In this document: positions 22,842 to 34,772 of the stretch, piece by piece
Layout of the letters: every line of letters begins with the position of its first letter
Position numbering within the stretch: the first letter of the stretch is position 1
Source of the DNA: Psammoneis japonica
Taxonomy: Eukaryota
Direction: 5' to 3'
NCBI GenBank assembly: GCA_008632985.1
Contig: QPGO01000051.1
Span: 363,046 to 427,045, forward strand
Length of the DNA stretch: 64,000 bases
Program-made: the position numbers and the translations under genes
The notes under the pieces: generated by a model
Database searches by the model: none
What the model was told of the DNA's origin: nothing
What the model saw: the letters and a program-made list of their open reading frames with translations, nothing else

Positions 22842-25800
22842 ATGAAATCAACGCAACGAGTTACGTTTTCTTTTCTGGCTATGGCGGGTGCTATTTGCAG
22901 CGGTCAATCGGTGTCCACCGGTGACAAACCGAAAATTCTTTCTTTCGATCTTCATCCTTCTTCACAATTGCTGACTACCGACAAAAGCGACGATAAGGAA
23001 TCAAAGCGAAGAAGATTGCTCCAAAGAGAGTCTGCCTCGAATGATATGCTGTTTATGCTGCTCTGCCAAAAGAGGGCCACAGTGATCTGGATCTTGACTC
23101 GGTTCACCAGGAGGGTATTGCTGATTTTCACTCCCACAGACATTTGAGCAGATACGAAAGGGAGTACCGTGATGAATACGATTTTGACTTGCATCAAAAC
23201 TGGGACGGCGTTTATGATACCTTTTCTCGTCATCCTCAAGACTCCAGCCATCGCAGGTTACGGCACACGACATCTGCCGGCGGTTCCAGCTACCAAACCG
23301 TACCTCTCCATCAGGGCTATGGTACACATTATGCGCACTTGTGGGTCGGCACGCCTACCCCTCAACGAGTTAGTGTTATTGTGGACACCGGGTCTCACGT
23401 GACCGCGATTCCCTGCAATGAATGTCAAAATTGTGGCGCAGAGCACCACACAGATCCATACTTCAACACCACATCAAGTGACTCGTTTCGTGTCTTGGGG
23501 TGCTCCGAATGCTACATGGGAGCCACATGCACCTATCCTAATCCAAGTTCAAAATTTCAAAAGGAGGAGCGCTGCTCGTTTTCACAATCGTACACTGAAG
23601 GAAGCAGTTGGAAGGCATACCAAGTAGAGGACGTCGTGTATCCCTCTGGTAACAATATGATAGCTTCGACCAATCCGTCTGATATTGAGCACTCAATTCC
23701 CTTCATGTTTGGCTGCCAGACCTCTGCCAATGGTCTCTTTGTGACGCAGTTGGCTAATGGTATTATGGGCATGTCCGCCTATGAAACAACTCTTGCTAAA
23801 CAAATGTACAACCAAGGCAAGATTGACCACAACATGTTCAGTCTGTGCTTTCGACATGAAATTGCAACAAGCAAGGAGGGTATCAAAGCTGGTTTCATGA
23901 CACTAGGAGGTGTTGACGAACGTCTAGATATAAGCAGTCCCATGGTGTATGCAAAGAATATCGCAAAGTCAGGTTGGTACACGGTCAATGTCAAGAATAT
24001 GTTTCTCAGCACCGAAAGCGACGCCGAAAACAAGGACACGAAGCAGCACAGAGACGTCATCAAGATTCCAATTGATGTCACTGCTGTAAACTCTGGGAAG
24101 GGCGTCATAGTCGACTCAGGGACGACAGATACCTACTTGAACGAGAAGTTGGAGAGCAGCTTTGCGGCAGTTTGGCAGCAAGTGACTGGGCAAACTTATT
24201 CCCACAAACCGCTCGCGCTCACGCAAGAACAAGTAAAGAAGCTCCCAACCGTCCTTATTCAGATTGAAGCACATGGCGCGTCTCCCAACAGCATTGATTC
24301 AACCACTGATGGTCTCGTTGGCAATCTTGATCCCAAGGCACCAAACGATGTGTTGTTGAGCATCAAGGCGTCTTCATACATGGAATACTCACCCAAGACT
24401 CGTCAGTACACCAGTCGACTTTACTTTACAGAGACTAGTGGCGGCGTGATTGGTGCCAACGCAATGCAGGGTCACAATGTATTATTCGACTGGGAGAATG
24501 GCAGGGTGGGTTTTGCGAAGAGTTCTTGCGAATACAAAGAAGACGATCAAGATCAACTAGGCACCGTTTCCGTTCTAGATAACACTGGATCTGAACATGC
24601 GTCACCTGGAACGGAGACAAGCCTTAAAGAGTCCGAGGAACGCGATTGTATCCTCTCCGAATCATCATTGAGTAAGAGCTGCATAGAAAGTGTTGACACG
24701 AGCAAATGCGAAAGTAGTCCGGTAAGTTTCCCCTCCACATGGTTGGCGGTATTGCAGCTGAGGCTTGTACTTACACAGCCGTTCTTTTTCGTCTTTGAAA
24801 CAGACGGATATTCTTGAAGGAACGGAAACTTGGACTAGAATTGTGGAAGATCCAGGAACTGCTGCTGGTCGTCAATGCGTCGATACAGTACTTTTTGAAA
24901 CAATGTACCGTGGAGATGAGTCCATACGAGTAGAATGCAATGGCTCTGGTTATTGCTTGGAGCATCGTCCATGCAATGTTCGTTGCCAAGAAGTCTCTTC
25001 CAAACTCTCGGTAAAGCCCGCAAAGCAACCGCCGACGGGAAAGGAAGATGAATGCGCCGATAGTGCCTGGAGTACATGCGATTATTCTTGCAACCAGTCC
25101 AGAATGCAGTCTGTGAGAATGTCGGACGGTATTTGCCACGAAACGTCACTTGAAACCCGTCCTTGTCACTTTGGCGTCTGCGGTAGCTCCGACCCATGCC
25201 GAGTGCCATACGTTGTACACGCCAACCTGGCCTTTCAAGGGGCAAAGTTAGATTTGTGGAGACGACAAGATGACGAGAGCCTCGCTCAAGCCCTGGCAAT
25301 CGCTGTCAAGGACCTGGTCAAGAGCAAGGAATCACCGTTTCAAGCTGGTGACGTCAACGTCCTTGCTGTCAGCCCCTTGTATGCGAAAGGCCAAGATGGA
25401 TTGGATATTTCTGTTCAAATAAGCATTTTCAATGGCAATGCTTACTACGAAAGTGATACAGCAAGCTCAGATGCCTCGGCCTTTAGGCGCGCCATGAGTG
25501 CTGTTGTCGAGAGTTTTCAACAAAACGGACAATCCAGCAGCTCAAGCTTTGATACAGCACTGTCGAGTTGCGACGAGGAAGACTTGTACCCACTGGCGCA
25601 GCATGCTTTGAAGATCGTCAATGCCCTTGAGGATGATTTCTTTATGGAGTCCTTAATATTCGATTTGAAAAAAGTGGAACGAGAGAGTAACTACAACCTT
25701 GCCATGTCACCATTCCGCCGCATTTACAAGCAACAAGAACTTGCCGCGAAGAGTCGCGTCACGTCTTCATGGACGACAAAGACTCAAACCGAACAAGATG

Positions 25801-26162
25801 CCGCCGGTAAGGAAAAGGGTTTCATCGGTGGCCAATTGGACATGGCGGCAATGATGGTTCAAGTAAACAGAAATTGCAAGCTCATGGGATTCATGACTGG
25901 ACTCCTATTGATAGTATGGGGCTTGGGCATGCTGTGCGGTTGGCATGTAGGCAAAGACACTGCCACAGTGCGTCGATTGACGACCTTTGAATCCTCCGTT
26001 ATTGAGACTTTGCGATATGTCAAGGCAACAGGACCTCACCAGCAGGATCGCAAGAGAAAAAGCAAACGTGCCGACATTGAAGATGGTCAACATCACAAGG
26101 AAGGCGCAAAAGCAAATTTCCGGTGTACGCCACAATACGAGTGCGAGAAAGCGATAGGGTGA
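22842..26162 (+). CDS. Membrane-anchored pepsin-like (A1) aspartic protease, plasmepsin V-like, with a TSP1-like module and C-terminal TM
   Basis: Catalytic motifs VIVDTGS and VIVDSGTT. Phase-0 intron 24722-24803 (GTAAG..CAG). WSTCDYSC...ETRPC resembles TSP1, and there is a TM helix near the end. Joining the signal-peptide ORF at 22842 needs a 1-bp frameshift near 23045. Confidence 0.85.
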
Positions 26163-26280
26163 TAATAATAGACTTTTAGAATTCATGAACAACGAGACAG
26201 ATACCGTTCTGCTCTATCGTCAGTGCATAGCCCCTATCCGTAGGGTTTTGGTTCGTAGCGTTCATCCCTCATACAGCTAA

Positions 26281-26985
26281 TCAACTACTTGCTTCCGTCA
26301 TGAATTCATTACGGAGCAAATTTGCCATCTCCTTGTCTGTCTCAGTGAGTAGGCTGCTCGAGTTGGCATTGAGCTCTACTCGCCTGACAAATTCTTCAAT
26401 GGTGACACCAAATGCCTTTTCCAGTGGCCTTCTCAAGTCTTCCGCATTTGTGTCCTCATCATCGATATGTTGTTGCACCATTTCTAGCAATTCCTGCATT
26501 TCGACTTGTTGTTCATCCTTCATAAGTACCACTCCCGCGTCTACGAGTTTGGCCATTAAATCTGGACGGTCCTGAAGCGTTTCTCCTTCTCGTAACTCTG
26601 ACGAAATACTGTTTAAAGCTTCTGGGTTTTCCTTCTCTAACAAGATAGTCAACTTGTCGATTTGCTTGGGTAGAACAACATTAGTGATAACGGTCGACGC
26701 CAGCGCAACAACTACCATGAGTGCCACCAAGCCAATAATTATATTTCGGACGCCATCACTGATTTGAGCCGACGGATCAAGAAATGCTACCGACAACGAA
26801 TGATCGTTCACTGAAGTATGAAATACCTGGTCCACGTCAAGACTCTCTGCAATGCCTTGCATTTTTGTGAAGCCTGGACACTGATGATTTTGCTGTACGC
26901 GCGGCAGAGAAATCCTTTCTGCTGCAAATCCACATACTTTTCTGCAGAATAAAAGCACAAGTAGAGAGAAGATCCTGGTCGACAT
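26281..26985 (-). CDS. Hypothetical protein, probably plastid-targeted, one TM helix
   Basis: Signal peptide MSTRIFSLLVLLFCRKVCG|FAA, TM IIIGLVALMVVVALAS, acidic helical C-terminus. Confidence 0.65.
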   Translation of the reverse strand: MSTRIFSLLVLLFCRKVCGFAAERISLPRVQQNHQCPGFTKMQGIAESLDVDQVFHTSVNDHSLSVAFLDPSAQISDGVRNIIIGLVALMVVVALASTVITNVVLPKQIDKLTILLEKENPEALNSISSELREGETLQDRPDLMAKLVDAGVVLMKDEQQVEMQELLEMVQQHIDDEDTNAEDLRRPLEKAFGVTIEEFVRRVELNANSSSLLTETDKEMANLLRNEFMTEASS

Positions 26986-27174
26986 TATTGTTACAGTAAA
27001 ATCGAAACTAATTGGCAGAGCACTGAACCAAATGGTGACAGGTGAGTAGGTGAGACGACAGCAAAGATACAATGGCATAGTCGCCCGCCCGCTCTCTTCC
27101 GGCTCTTTGCGTGCGTGCGATGATCGTTGCTTCATTCATTCACTCGCGATCCAGATCGTCTGCACTCGTCACGG

Positions 27175-29550
27175 TGTCGCACATGGGACAGTGATGCCCA
27201 CTGCTCTGCTCCACACCTGCGCTGACATCGAGCCAGAGATTCATGTTCTTCCTCCAGCGGTGCCTCCTCCAAAGCTGCTTGGTTGTCACCCACCACTTGC
27301 TCAATTCCTGACATCATTGTGAATGGCGCCTTTGCACCCAAGCAGATTTTGGTCAGNTCTACGTGTGATATTTAAAAAAAATTGTCCAGACTCGCTGTTT
27401 TGCGAAGCCCCAGACGTTTTATATAACAAATTTATAGAAACAATAATGCGCCAGTTACATTCTTCAATGTCTGAAGAATGTAACTGGCTAAGTAAAAAAT
27501 GATGTACTTCAATCATGTGCGAGTTTGTGCGTTCGCAAAATTGCCTCATTTTCTGTTGGCGATCATTGACATTTTAATTACCGTATAATTTTAGTACGGA
27601 GCTCGCACGTAGAAGTCTACGGGCCCAATGTCACACGGATTCCCACCTACCGGTACGTCTGGAACGCGTCGTCAATCATCTCCTCAGGCAGTCGAGGTGG
27701 TGACAGCATTGACTGGGGCAGGGCAGAAAACCAAAGTTCCTTCCAAGTCATCATCTTTGTTTGAAACATTTTCCACTCTGCAGGTGCATGTGCAAATCCA
27801 AGCAATCCCTGCAATCACAGCACACTCTTCTTCTCTCTCTGGTGCTCTGGCTTGCCCAACAAGCAGGGTGTGCTGAAAAACACGCGGCCCCACACAGTGC
27901 AAACCACGCCGACTGAGCAGCACCTGCAGCTGCAATCATTCTTTGAGCTGCACTGCACTGCCCTGTTGTTGTGGTTTCATCCTTTCACTTGGACCCCACG
28001 TTTGTGTCTTTCCTGCCAATGGGAGTCAGCGGCCAAGCTTTTCTTGCACCCCACCTGGTGTGCCCGTCTGGATGTTCTCATCCAACAAAGCCCCTTGCAT
28101 GATGCCAAGAATGGGGACAAATCTTCTGCAACCCCCCTCCCCATCTTGTGGCTGATTCAGGAAGCATCTCTCACCCACTCAAGCGCAACGGCAATTGGCT
28201 GCCTGTGCAAGGCCTGCCACACCTCTGACCTCCCCTGGTGGCGAACAAAATGAGTGACAAATCAAGCATTTCTCTGGTTTTGAGGTTGGGGGCATGTCAG
28301 TTGCTCCACCTGCTTCAGCTGGATCCATGGGTCAAGGTGTGGCACCAATGCAAATCTCACAAAAAAGGTCTTGAACACGGCGCTGCTTGTTTCCTCTCTC
28401 AACAACAAGGTGGCACATTGGGGTGCTGTTTTGAGTGCACCACTTCATCACATCAAAGATTGGAAGATGTGCCGCAGCTCTGGGTGGGACCTTTCACTGC
28501 TGCACTTTGACTTCAGAGTTTTTTTTGTCATGACACACATTTCTTCATCCTGCCTTCTGCGCTCTTTTCATGCTCCCCATTTTGTCAAGTCAAAGGCTTT
28601 TCACTTCATGCATTTGTGAAAACAAAAATGGGCTGCACGTGTTCTTCAATGTCTGAAAGGAAATGATGTGCTTCAAGTGTGGAGAAGGTTGTGTGCATTC
28701 ACTCAACTGCCAACAATTTTTCCGCAGGCACAATGTCACAAGCAGCTCCACCCGGGGCCCGGGGCTCAAATGCATCAGGAGACAAGATGACCCATCTGGA
28801 GCCTGCCAGGCAATCTTTTGCTTGGCCCCATGTCAAGTGGTGGTCTTTGCACTCTGGATCTCCAGAGCTTTCTGTGGACAACTTGTGCTTTTTTGTAAGT
28901 GTGCACACTCTTCCCTTTTCAATGTGCCTTGACTTTTCTCTTGTGAAGTCACCAATTGCATCCCACTGATGCTGCTGAGGTCTCTGTGCTTGTAGACAGC
29001 TGACTTTTCATCTCTGTCATCATGGACCATCTGCTGCAGCTCACCTCTCTTCACATGGAGAGAGCCACATCAATTGTGACAAACAAAGTTTCCTCAATGC
29101 ATCAAGTCCAGCAGACATCAGCAAGATGCACAATGCCCCCCCAACTGTGCTCCTGTGGAAGGAGTCGGTCGCACATTGACGTTGAGGTTGTTTTTCCTGC
29201 TGACCCAAGCAATCCATTTGATTCCCATGCCTGTGTAGAAAGTGATCAGGCTGATGGGTTCCACCAGTCTGTCGCATCAGGAACCACTTCATCAATTGCT
29301 GTCAACAAGGATAAAAACACTGAACAAGTCAATGTTTGCATGAGCAACGACGGTGTTGTGAGGAACGAGACTCATCGGTGCCTTCACAGGATGAGCAATG
29401 AAGTTGACCAGGTGTGCTTCTTGTTGGACGACGACCGCTGTGCTGGTGGCAAAGATGGTTGCCGTCACCTCAATGGCGGCACTGCACAAATCATGCCATT
29501 CATTGGCTTCTTGGAACTCGTTGTCATGTGGCATCACGGCCAGAGCATTG
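27175..29550. other. TpA-depleted block 3 (unidentified decayed sequence), interrupted by a TA-rich MITE
   Basis: 27175-27355 and 27671-29550 are nearly TA-free. The inserted segment 27356-27670 is TA-rich. Confidence 0.85.
27356..27670 (+). mobile_element. MITE, TA-intact copy, left part lost in an assembly gap; TSD GTCA
   Basis: GTCA at 27352-27355, then G and an N gap at 27357. The right end TCCCACCTA...CTGGAACGCGTC ends at 27670, followed by GTCA. The body aligns to the reverse complement of about 57441-57750. Confidence 0.85.
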
Positions 29551-29895
29551 GGACTGTAACTCCCCTTCTTCAGATTTCACACTAAAATACTCGCCATATG
29601 ACACACACCAGACCTCTCATCAAGCCTCACCAGGGTATGACAGTCAAGAGCTTCTAGTCTCTCGAGCGCTTCAGAATTATCGTCGTGCATAAAATAAAAT
29701 TAAAAAGCCAGCGTTTCTGTAAGCAGTGCTATTTGGAGTAGGTTGGAAAGTTACTTTAGTTACCGTTTGAAAAGCTAGACTATCCTCGCTCTCTTAAGCA
29801 AAGCTCTTTTTTTAATGCGGCTACAGGATCACGTTCGTGTTTCTTATTTCACTGCTAGTCTACCGGTATAGCGGGCGTGTATTAGCTGCAGCATC

Positions 29896-31245
29896 TTATG
29901 CAAATCGACCACTCTCACGAATCTCCTCGCATCTCTGCAGAAAAACTTCGGCAACGCTATTTTTCCCAATCGGACTGCGATACTGAGAATGCCAGTGATA
30001 CGCAAAGACACCGGGGAAAAAGGTTTCAACAGTTGTTGTTGCGTTTGCGTGTCCGGTAAAGAAATTGAGCCAGTCATGCAAGCCGTCGACACGGAGAGTC
30101 AAGTCGTTCACCATGCCGTGTTTCAAGTCAAAGAAAACCCAGTGAGGATCCATGTACGCAGATGGTAGCATTTCCACATTGCCACCGTGCCTCGCAAGAA
30201 TATTAAACACTGTTTTGGGATGGTAGGTCTTGCAGAGACGGCTGACGGTATCAAATTGCCAAAAGCGACCTTGTAGGCCATACCTTACAAGCGTTTCCGC
30301 GTTTGGACTCTTATGACGCATATGAAACACCGCCGTATTGGCGTAGTATTTGTTTGACCATCGGTAGAAAAAGTCTCGTGACAGCAGCGGTTTGAGATTT
30401 CTAAGCAACAGGACGTCCGTGTCAAAATAAACGCCACCATACGCCGCCAGAACCAAAACTCGAATCATATCAGAATAGCGAGTTTGCTGCTTTCGACGAT
30501 AATCAGAATGGGTTGATGAGACAGCGGAGTCCTTTTCAATGTTTGTAGTCAAATCTGATATGAGTCGTTGTTTGCTATGTAGAATATCCTCCAGAGCCGG
30601 AAAGTTGTCTTGTATGGTATCAAAGAGCTCTGTCATGTTGAGTATGTTGACTGAAAAGTATTCTGAAGACCCATACGGGGCCAGCGCATCTCGGAGAATT
30701 TTCTGAGACACATGATTTGTTGTCCAGAGCTGCAGCTTTGCACATCCCTGCTGAGAGTAAACCGTAGACAACATGCCGAGTTTCGCAGTGTCCGGAAGCG
30801 CGTCTTCTGATGCCCAAAATGCATGAAATAACACGTTTGGAGTTTCACACGAGAGATCCTCGTCCTTATCAGTTGTTTGCTGCAACGCATTCATACAGGT
30901 GGTGAATACTTCTGTGCTCCCTTTTCGAATTTCTCGCTTCATGACCCGGACGTTATCGATCTGTGCACAAGCACTTCTCGGAGTCAATCGACTGGGATCG
31001 TTACTAGAAAATCCATAAAAGAGATCGTCCTCAACAACAGGATCGTAAGAAGGACTCCCACTGTTTAGACTGGGATGGTCTATGCCGCCAACATGCGGAG
31101 CTTGGAGAATGACACTGAGCTGAAATGACACGAGGGAGGCCAACCCGAGAATCAACAGCATAAACCATGCGGATGGTATTCCTGGAGGACGCTTCTTGGG
31201 AGAAAATGATGCTCTGATGTTGTTTCTTTTATACTTGAGGCACAT
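29896..31245 (-). CDS. DXD-motif glycosyltransferase (GT32-like), type II membrane protein
   Basis: N-terminal TM (WFMLLILGLASLVSF) and motifs FHAFW, SDMIRVLVLAAYGGVYFDTD and FAYHWH. The start codon is inferred; the ORF is open upstream to 31416. Confidence 0.85.
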   Translation of the reverse strand: MCLKYKRNNIRASFSPKKRPPGIPSAWFMLLILGLASLVSFQLSVILQAPHVGGIDHPSLNSGSPSYDPVVEDDLFYGFSSNDPSRLTPRSACAQIDNVRVMKREIRKGSTEVFTTCMNALQQTTDKDEDLSCETPNVLFHAFWASEDALPDTAKLGMLSTVYSQQGCAKLQLWTTNHVSQKILRDALAPYGSSEYFSVNILNMTELFDTIQDNFPALEDILHSKQRLISDLTTNIEKDSAVSSTHSDYRRKQQTRYSDMIRVLVLAAYGGVYFDTDVLLLRNLKPLLSRDFFYRWSNKYYANTAVFHMRHKSPNAETLVRYGLQGRFWQFDTVSRLCKTYHPKTVFNILARHGGNVEMLPSAYMDPHWVFFDLKHGMVNDLTLRVDGLHDWLNFFTGHANATTTVETFFPGVFAYHWHSQYRSPIGKNSVAEVFLQRCEEIRESGRFA

Positions 31246-31574
31246 TCCTTCCCTCTTAGTATCTTGTACCGTAGCAATAGGAAGTATTATAAAAACGAGA
31301 CGCATAAACAACAAAGAACGTTGCGATCGTTGGTCGTTGGGTGCGTGTACGGGTATTATTACTGGGTCGTGGCAAAAAGTGCCGCAGAAATGAGTCGCGG
31401 ATAACGCGCCACGCATGACACAAGCACGATGACAAACGCGCGACCAACGCGCATCAAAGGCCGTTCATTGAGATAGAAGAGACGGGCGTTTCCCATGATG
31501 GTTTCGAATGTTTTGTCATTCCTTGATCCTGAGCTTTGCTGACAAGTTGGGTTACAGTTGGGTTCAAAAGCAAA

Positions 31575-33680
31575 TGAGGTGAGCAGCAAGCCACACTCGT
31601 CTCACTCTGTTGTCTCTTGACAGAGACACTGGGGCGCGACGTCGTTCTTCCAAAAAGAGGCTTTCAGTGCACAAAACCTGGCACAGAGACATCTCAGGCA
31701 GGAGACAGCTCCAAGAAGCTGTCACAGCCCCAAAAAGTTGCATTTGCAGGAACAAAAAGTTGCAGCCATGCAAACTCCTTGCCCCAAACAACTGCGGTGG
31801 TTGCACACACTTCTTGTGTTTTCGTTTGGTGCACCAGCTTCTCTGCATCTGCCGAAAACATTTCTGCAACAACGCTTTTTCTGTCACACTGTGATGCTGT
31901 GAATGACAGCAATGTGCAGACACACAGTGTTGGTGGAAGTTGCTGGGTGGGGTTGTTGTTCTGCAAAGAAGTGTGCGGCCTGTGCCAAGCAGTCTGCCAG
32001 TGCTTGAGATGCGCGGCTGTTGCTGACTTGGTGGCCCACATGAAAAAACAGCCCGCCCAGCAGCATGGGCCCAGCATGTGCTCAGATGGCAATGGCTCCA
32101 GCACCAGCATGTGATCAGATGACAACAGCTCCAGCACACATCTGCCATGTCTTGATGGCACATCACAAATGAGCCCGTGCATGACGGCAACAAGATTCGC
32201 AGCACGGCTGTTTGACAAAGCAAGACATCAGAAGATTTCCAAAGCAGTCTCCTTGGCATCAACGGTGGGAACCCCCTGCTGATCGTTTCCTCCTGCCTGA
32301 CTGGGTGGCAACAGGCAGCAACATTTGATGCTTGAGTTTGAAGCCACATTTGCTCAAATCATGTCGTCGCTGCTCAAATTTGCATTGCTTCACATTGAAG
32401 CAGCACAGCCCAAGTCAACAAGTGCACACCAGCTGCACTCAGGTGCAGATGCAGGGTCATCGTGTCACCAGCCCCAGCCCAGAGACAGAAGCACTGGGGC
32501 CTGACAGGTCTTGGGGAGCAGCCCAAGTCCACAGAAGATGCCCCTGCTGTCAGACTGTGATGCTGAAAACACCAACAAGATGAGCAAACACACCAAAGCT
32601 GCAAAAAAAAACACAACCTGCCAAGCAGGCAGACAACTTGAAATGTGCAGTGGTTGCCAACATCATGGCTCACATCAAAAAACACCAAGTGTGGGTCTGT
32701 GTGTGCAGGTGGCAACAGCTCCACATTCCCACCATGTCTCCTTGATGGCACATGTCAAATGAGCCCAGCATGCTGGCAACAAGAGCCACACAGCTGCTGC
32801 TTGACAAAGTTGTCAGATTTCCAAAGTCTGAGCATTGACAACAGGAACTTCTTTGACATCCCCCCCCGGGGTGGCAGCATTTCATGTTGATTTTTCATTT
32901 GCTCAAATCATGTTGCTGCAGCTCAAATTTTCACCTTTTTTGCACTGCTTCAAATTTTAACTTCTCACATTGAAATCTGCCCAAAAATCAAGCACACATG
33001 ACCAACAGTGTTTGGTTTGGGGGGCAGCAAACACATCAGATGCAGATGGGCAGTGCAGTGAGGCCATGCATCCAGCGCTGGACAGCTGTGCACACTTGGA
33101 CCTGGTGCACAAGCAGATCCTACAGGGCAGCTCAAGGCTTTGGCCTGTCTGTTGCCAGCTCATGCCAGCACTTGGGCATGCAAAGCCAAGCTCCAGCAGC
33201 TGCAAGTGTGCTGCAGCTGCTGGTCTTCAGAGTGATCTGCCAACAAGAAAGAAACACATCCTTGATTTTTGTGCTGTGCTGAGTGCATTGTCAGAAGAGA
33301 GATGCAAGACCAGCAGCTGTCCAGATGTTGAGCTTGTCATTGCATGACAGCATGCAGAGAATTTTGCAGCAACATGTTTCTCGACACATCTGTTTTTGAG
33401 ATGACGGCCCAGCTGGGGGCTGGAGCACGACCTGAGAGCACTTGCACAATCCACACAAGGAGCATGGTGCTCTTTGACTTTTTTGTTGCCACGCCAACAA
33501 TTTCTTGTCATCAAGCCGTTCATGTGCACTTCTTGCAGCCACTCGGTGTGGTGGGCTTTTTGCTCCACAAGTCTCGCAATGAAAAAAAAAAAACAGTGCC
33601 CCCGCCATCTGATGTGGGAGCATTTTGCCGGCAATGCTTGGTGTGCATGCCACTTTTTGATCGTTCTTTCTTTGGGGGGA
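31575..33680 (-). pseudogene. TpA-depleted block 4: at least two tandem decayed paralogs of the adjacent GT32 gene
   Basis: RRHGGNVELLPPAHTDPHLVFFD (about 32670-32745) matches intact RHGGNVEMLPSAYMDPHWVFFD. VSAHCCHSQHHSVTEK (about 31880-31930) matches VFAYHWHSQYRSPIGK. Internal duplication CATTTGCTCAAATCATG at about 32347 and 32896. Confidence 0.8.
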
Positions 33681-33897
33681 AGGGATGAATCTATGAAGAG
33701 TTGAATTCCATGCACTGCAACACAACATGAGAAACTACATTTGCTGCATGATTTTTTACGGCAATGACGGTTCGGAAATGATGACATCCGTGACCCAGAA
33801 TCATTCACGAGTAATAATTAGGTAATGAGCTTTTCCGATCGTGACGTGGGCCTTCTTTCTGCATTATCGCGCCACTTCATCATTTTTCGAGTTCACC

Positions 33898-34634
33898 ATG
33901 GCGGTCTTCACCGACAAACTATCATCATCATTACTTGCAGGGCTGCTGTCGGCTCTTCTGATTTTGTCGAATTATCACGGCGTTGAATCGTTTGTGGTGA
34001 CCCGAACGAGCCATGTTGCTACGACGAAATCAACAAGAACAATCATGCCAACATCGGTCTTTCGCCCTCATTCATTTGATTCGATTCATTCGTCGCTCCA
34101 TATGGCTGAAGTAGATGAGAAAGAAACGTCAAAGCTACCTATGCTGCTTGATCCTGGTACAAAAGGAGGTGCTTTGTTCCTGTCTTTGGTCCTATGTAAG
34201 TTCATACAATACTACTTGAATTGCTCGAGCTCCCACATTTCAATTGTGCAGCGCTGATTGCACAACGAGTTGCAATTCCCGCACTTTAATTTTCCTGATC
34301 CCTGAAGGATTGCTTTTGTTATGATGCTCACTCGCCCACTTTCATTCGGCACTTTCTGTCTCTAGTTGTCGTTCCAATTCTATTCTATGTGTTTGTCACG
34401 CAAGTCGGTGGAGTGGATGGAATTGAAGCGGGCAAGTGGATTGGCGTGGGCTTTACGCTTGTCACATCTCTTCTCTGGGTTAGCTCTTACATCTTCCGCG
34501 TGGCGACAAAAGATATGACCTACGCGAAGCAACTCAAAGATTATGAAAATGCCGTCATTGCCAAACGACTAGAGGAGCTAGACGAAGATGAGGTACAGGC
34601 TCTTGTGGAAGATATTGAGCGCGACGACTTTTGA
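33898..34634 (+). CDS. DUF3007-family plastid membrane protein, 2 exons (33898-34195 and 34366-34634)
   Basis: A GTAAG..TAG intron restores the frame. Motif WVSSYIFRVATKDMTYAKQLKDYENAVIAKRLEEL. Bipartite presequence VES|FVV. Confidence 0.85.
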
Positions 34635-34772
34635 GAACTATGAGCTAAGCAGAAAGTGCTGACACAACGTGTATTAAAATAAACTTAAGGTGAAATAATG
34701 TAATAAGCAACAATTACTAGTACCGTAGTCGCTGTACAGCATCCCAAGTATCCGGAGATGCAATGCAACACG

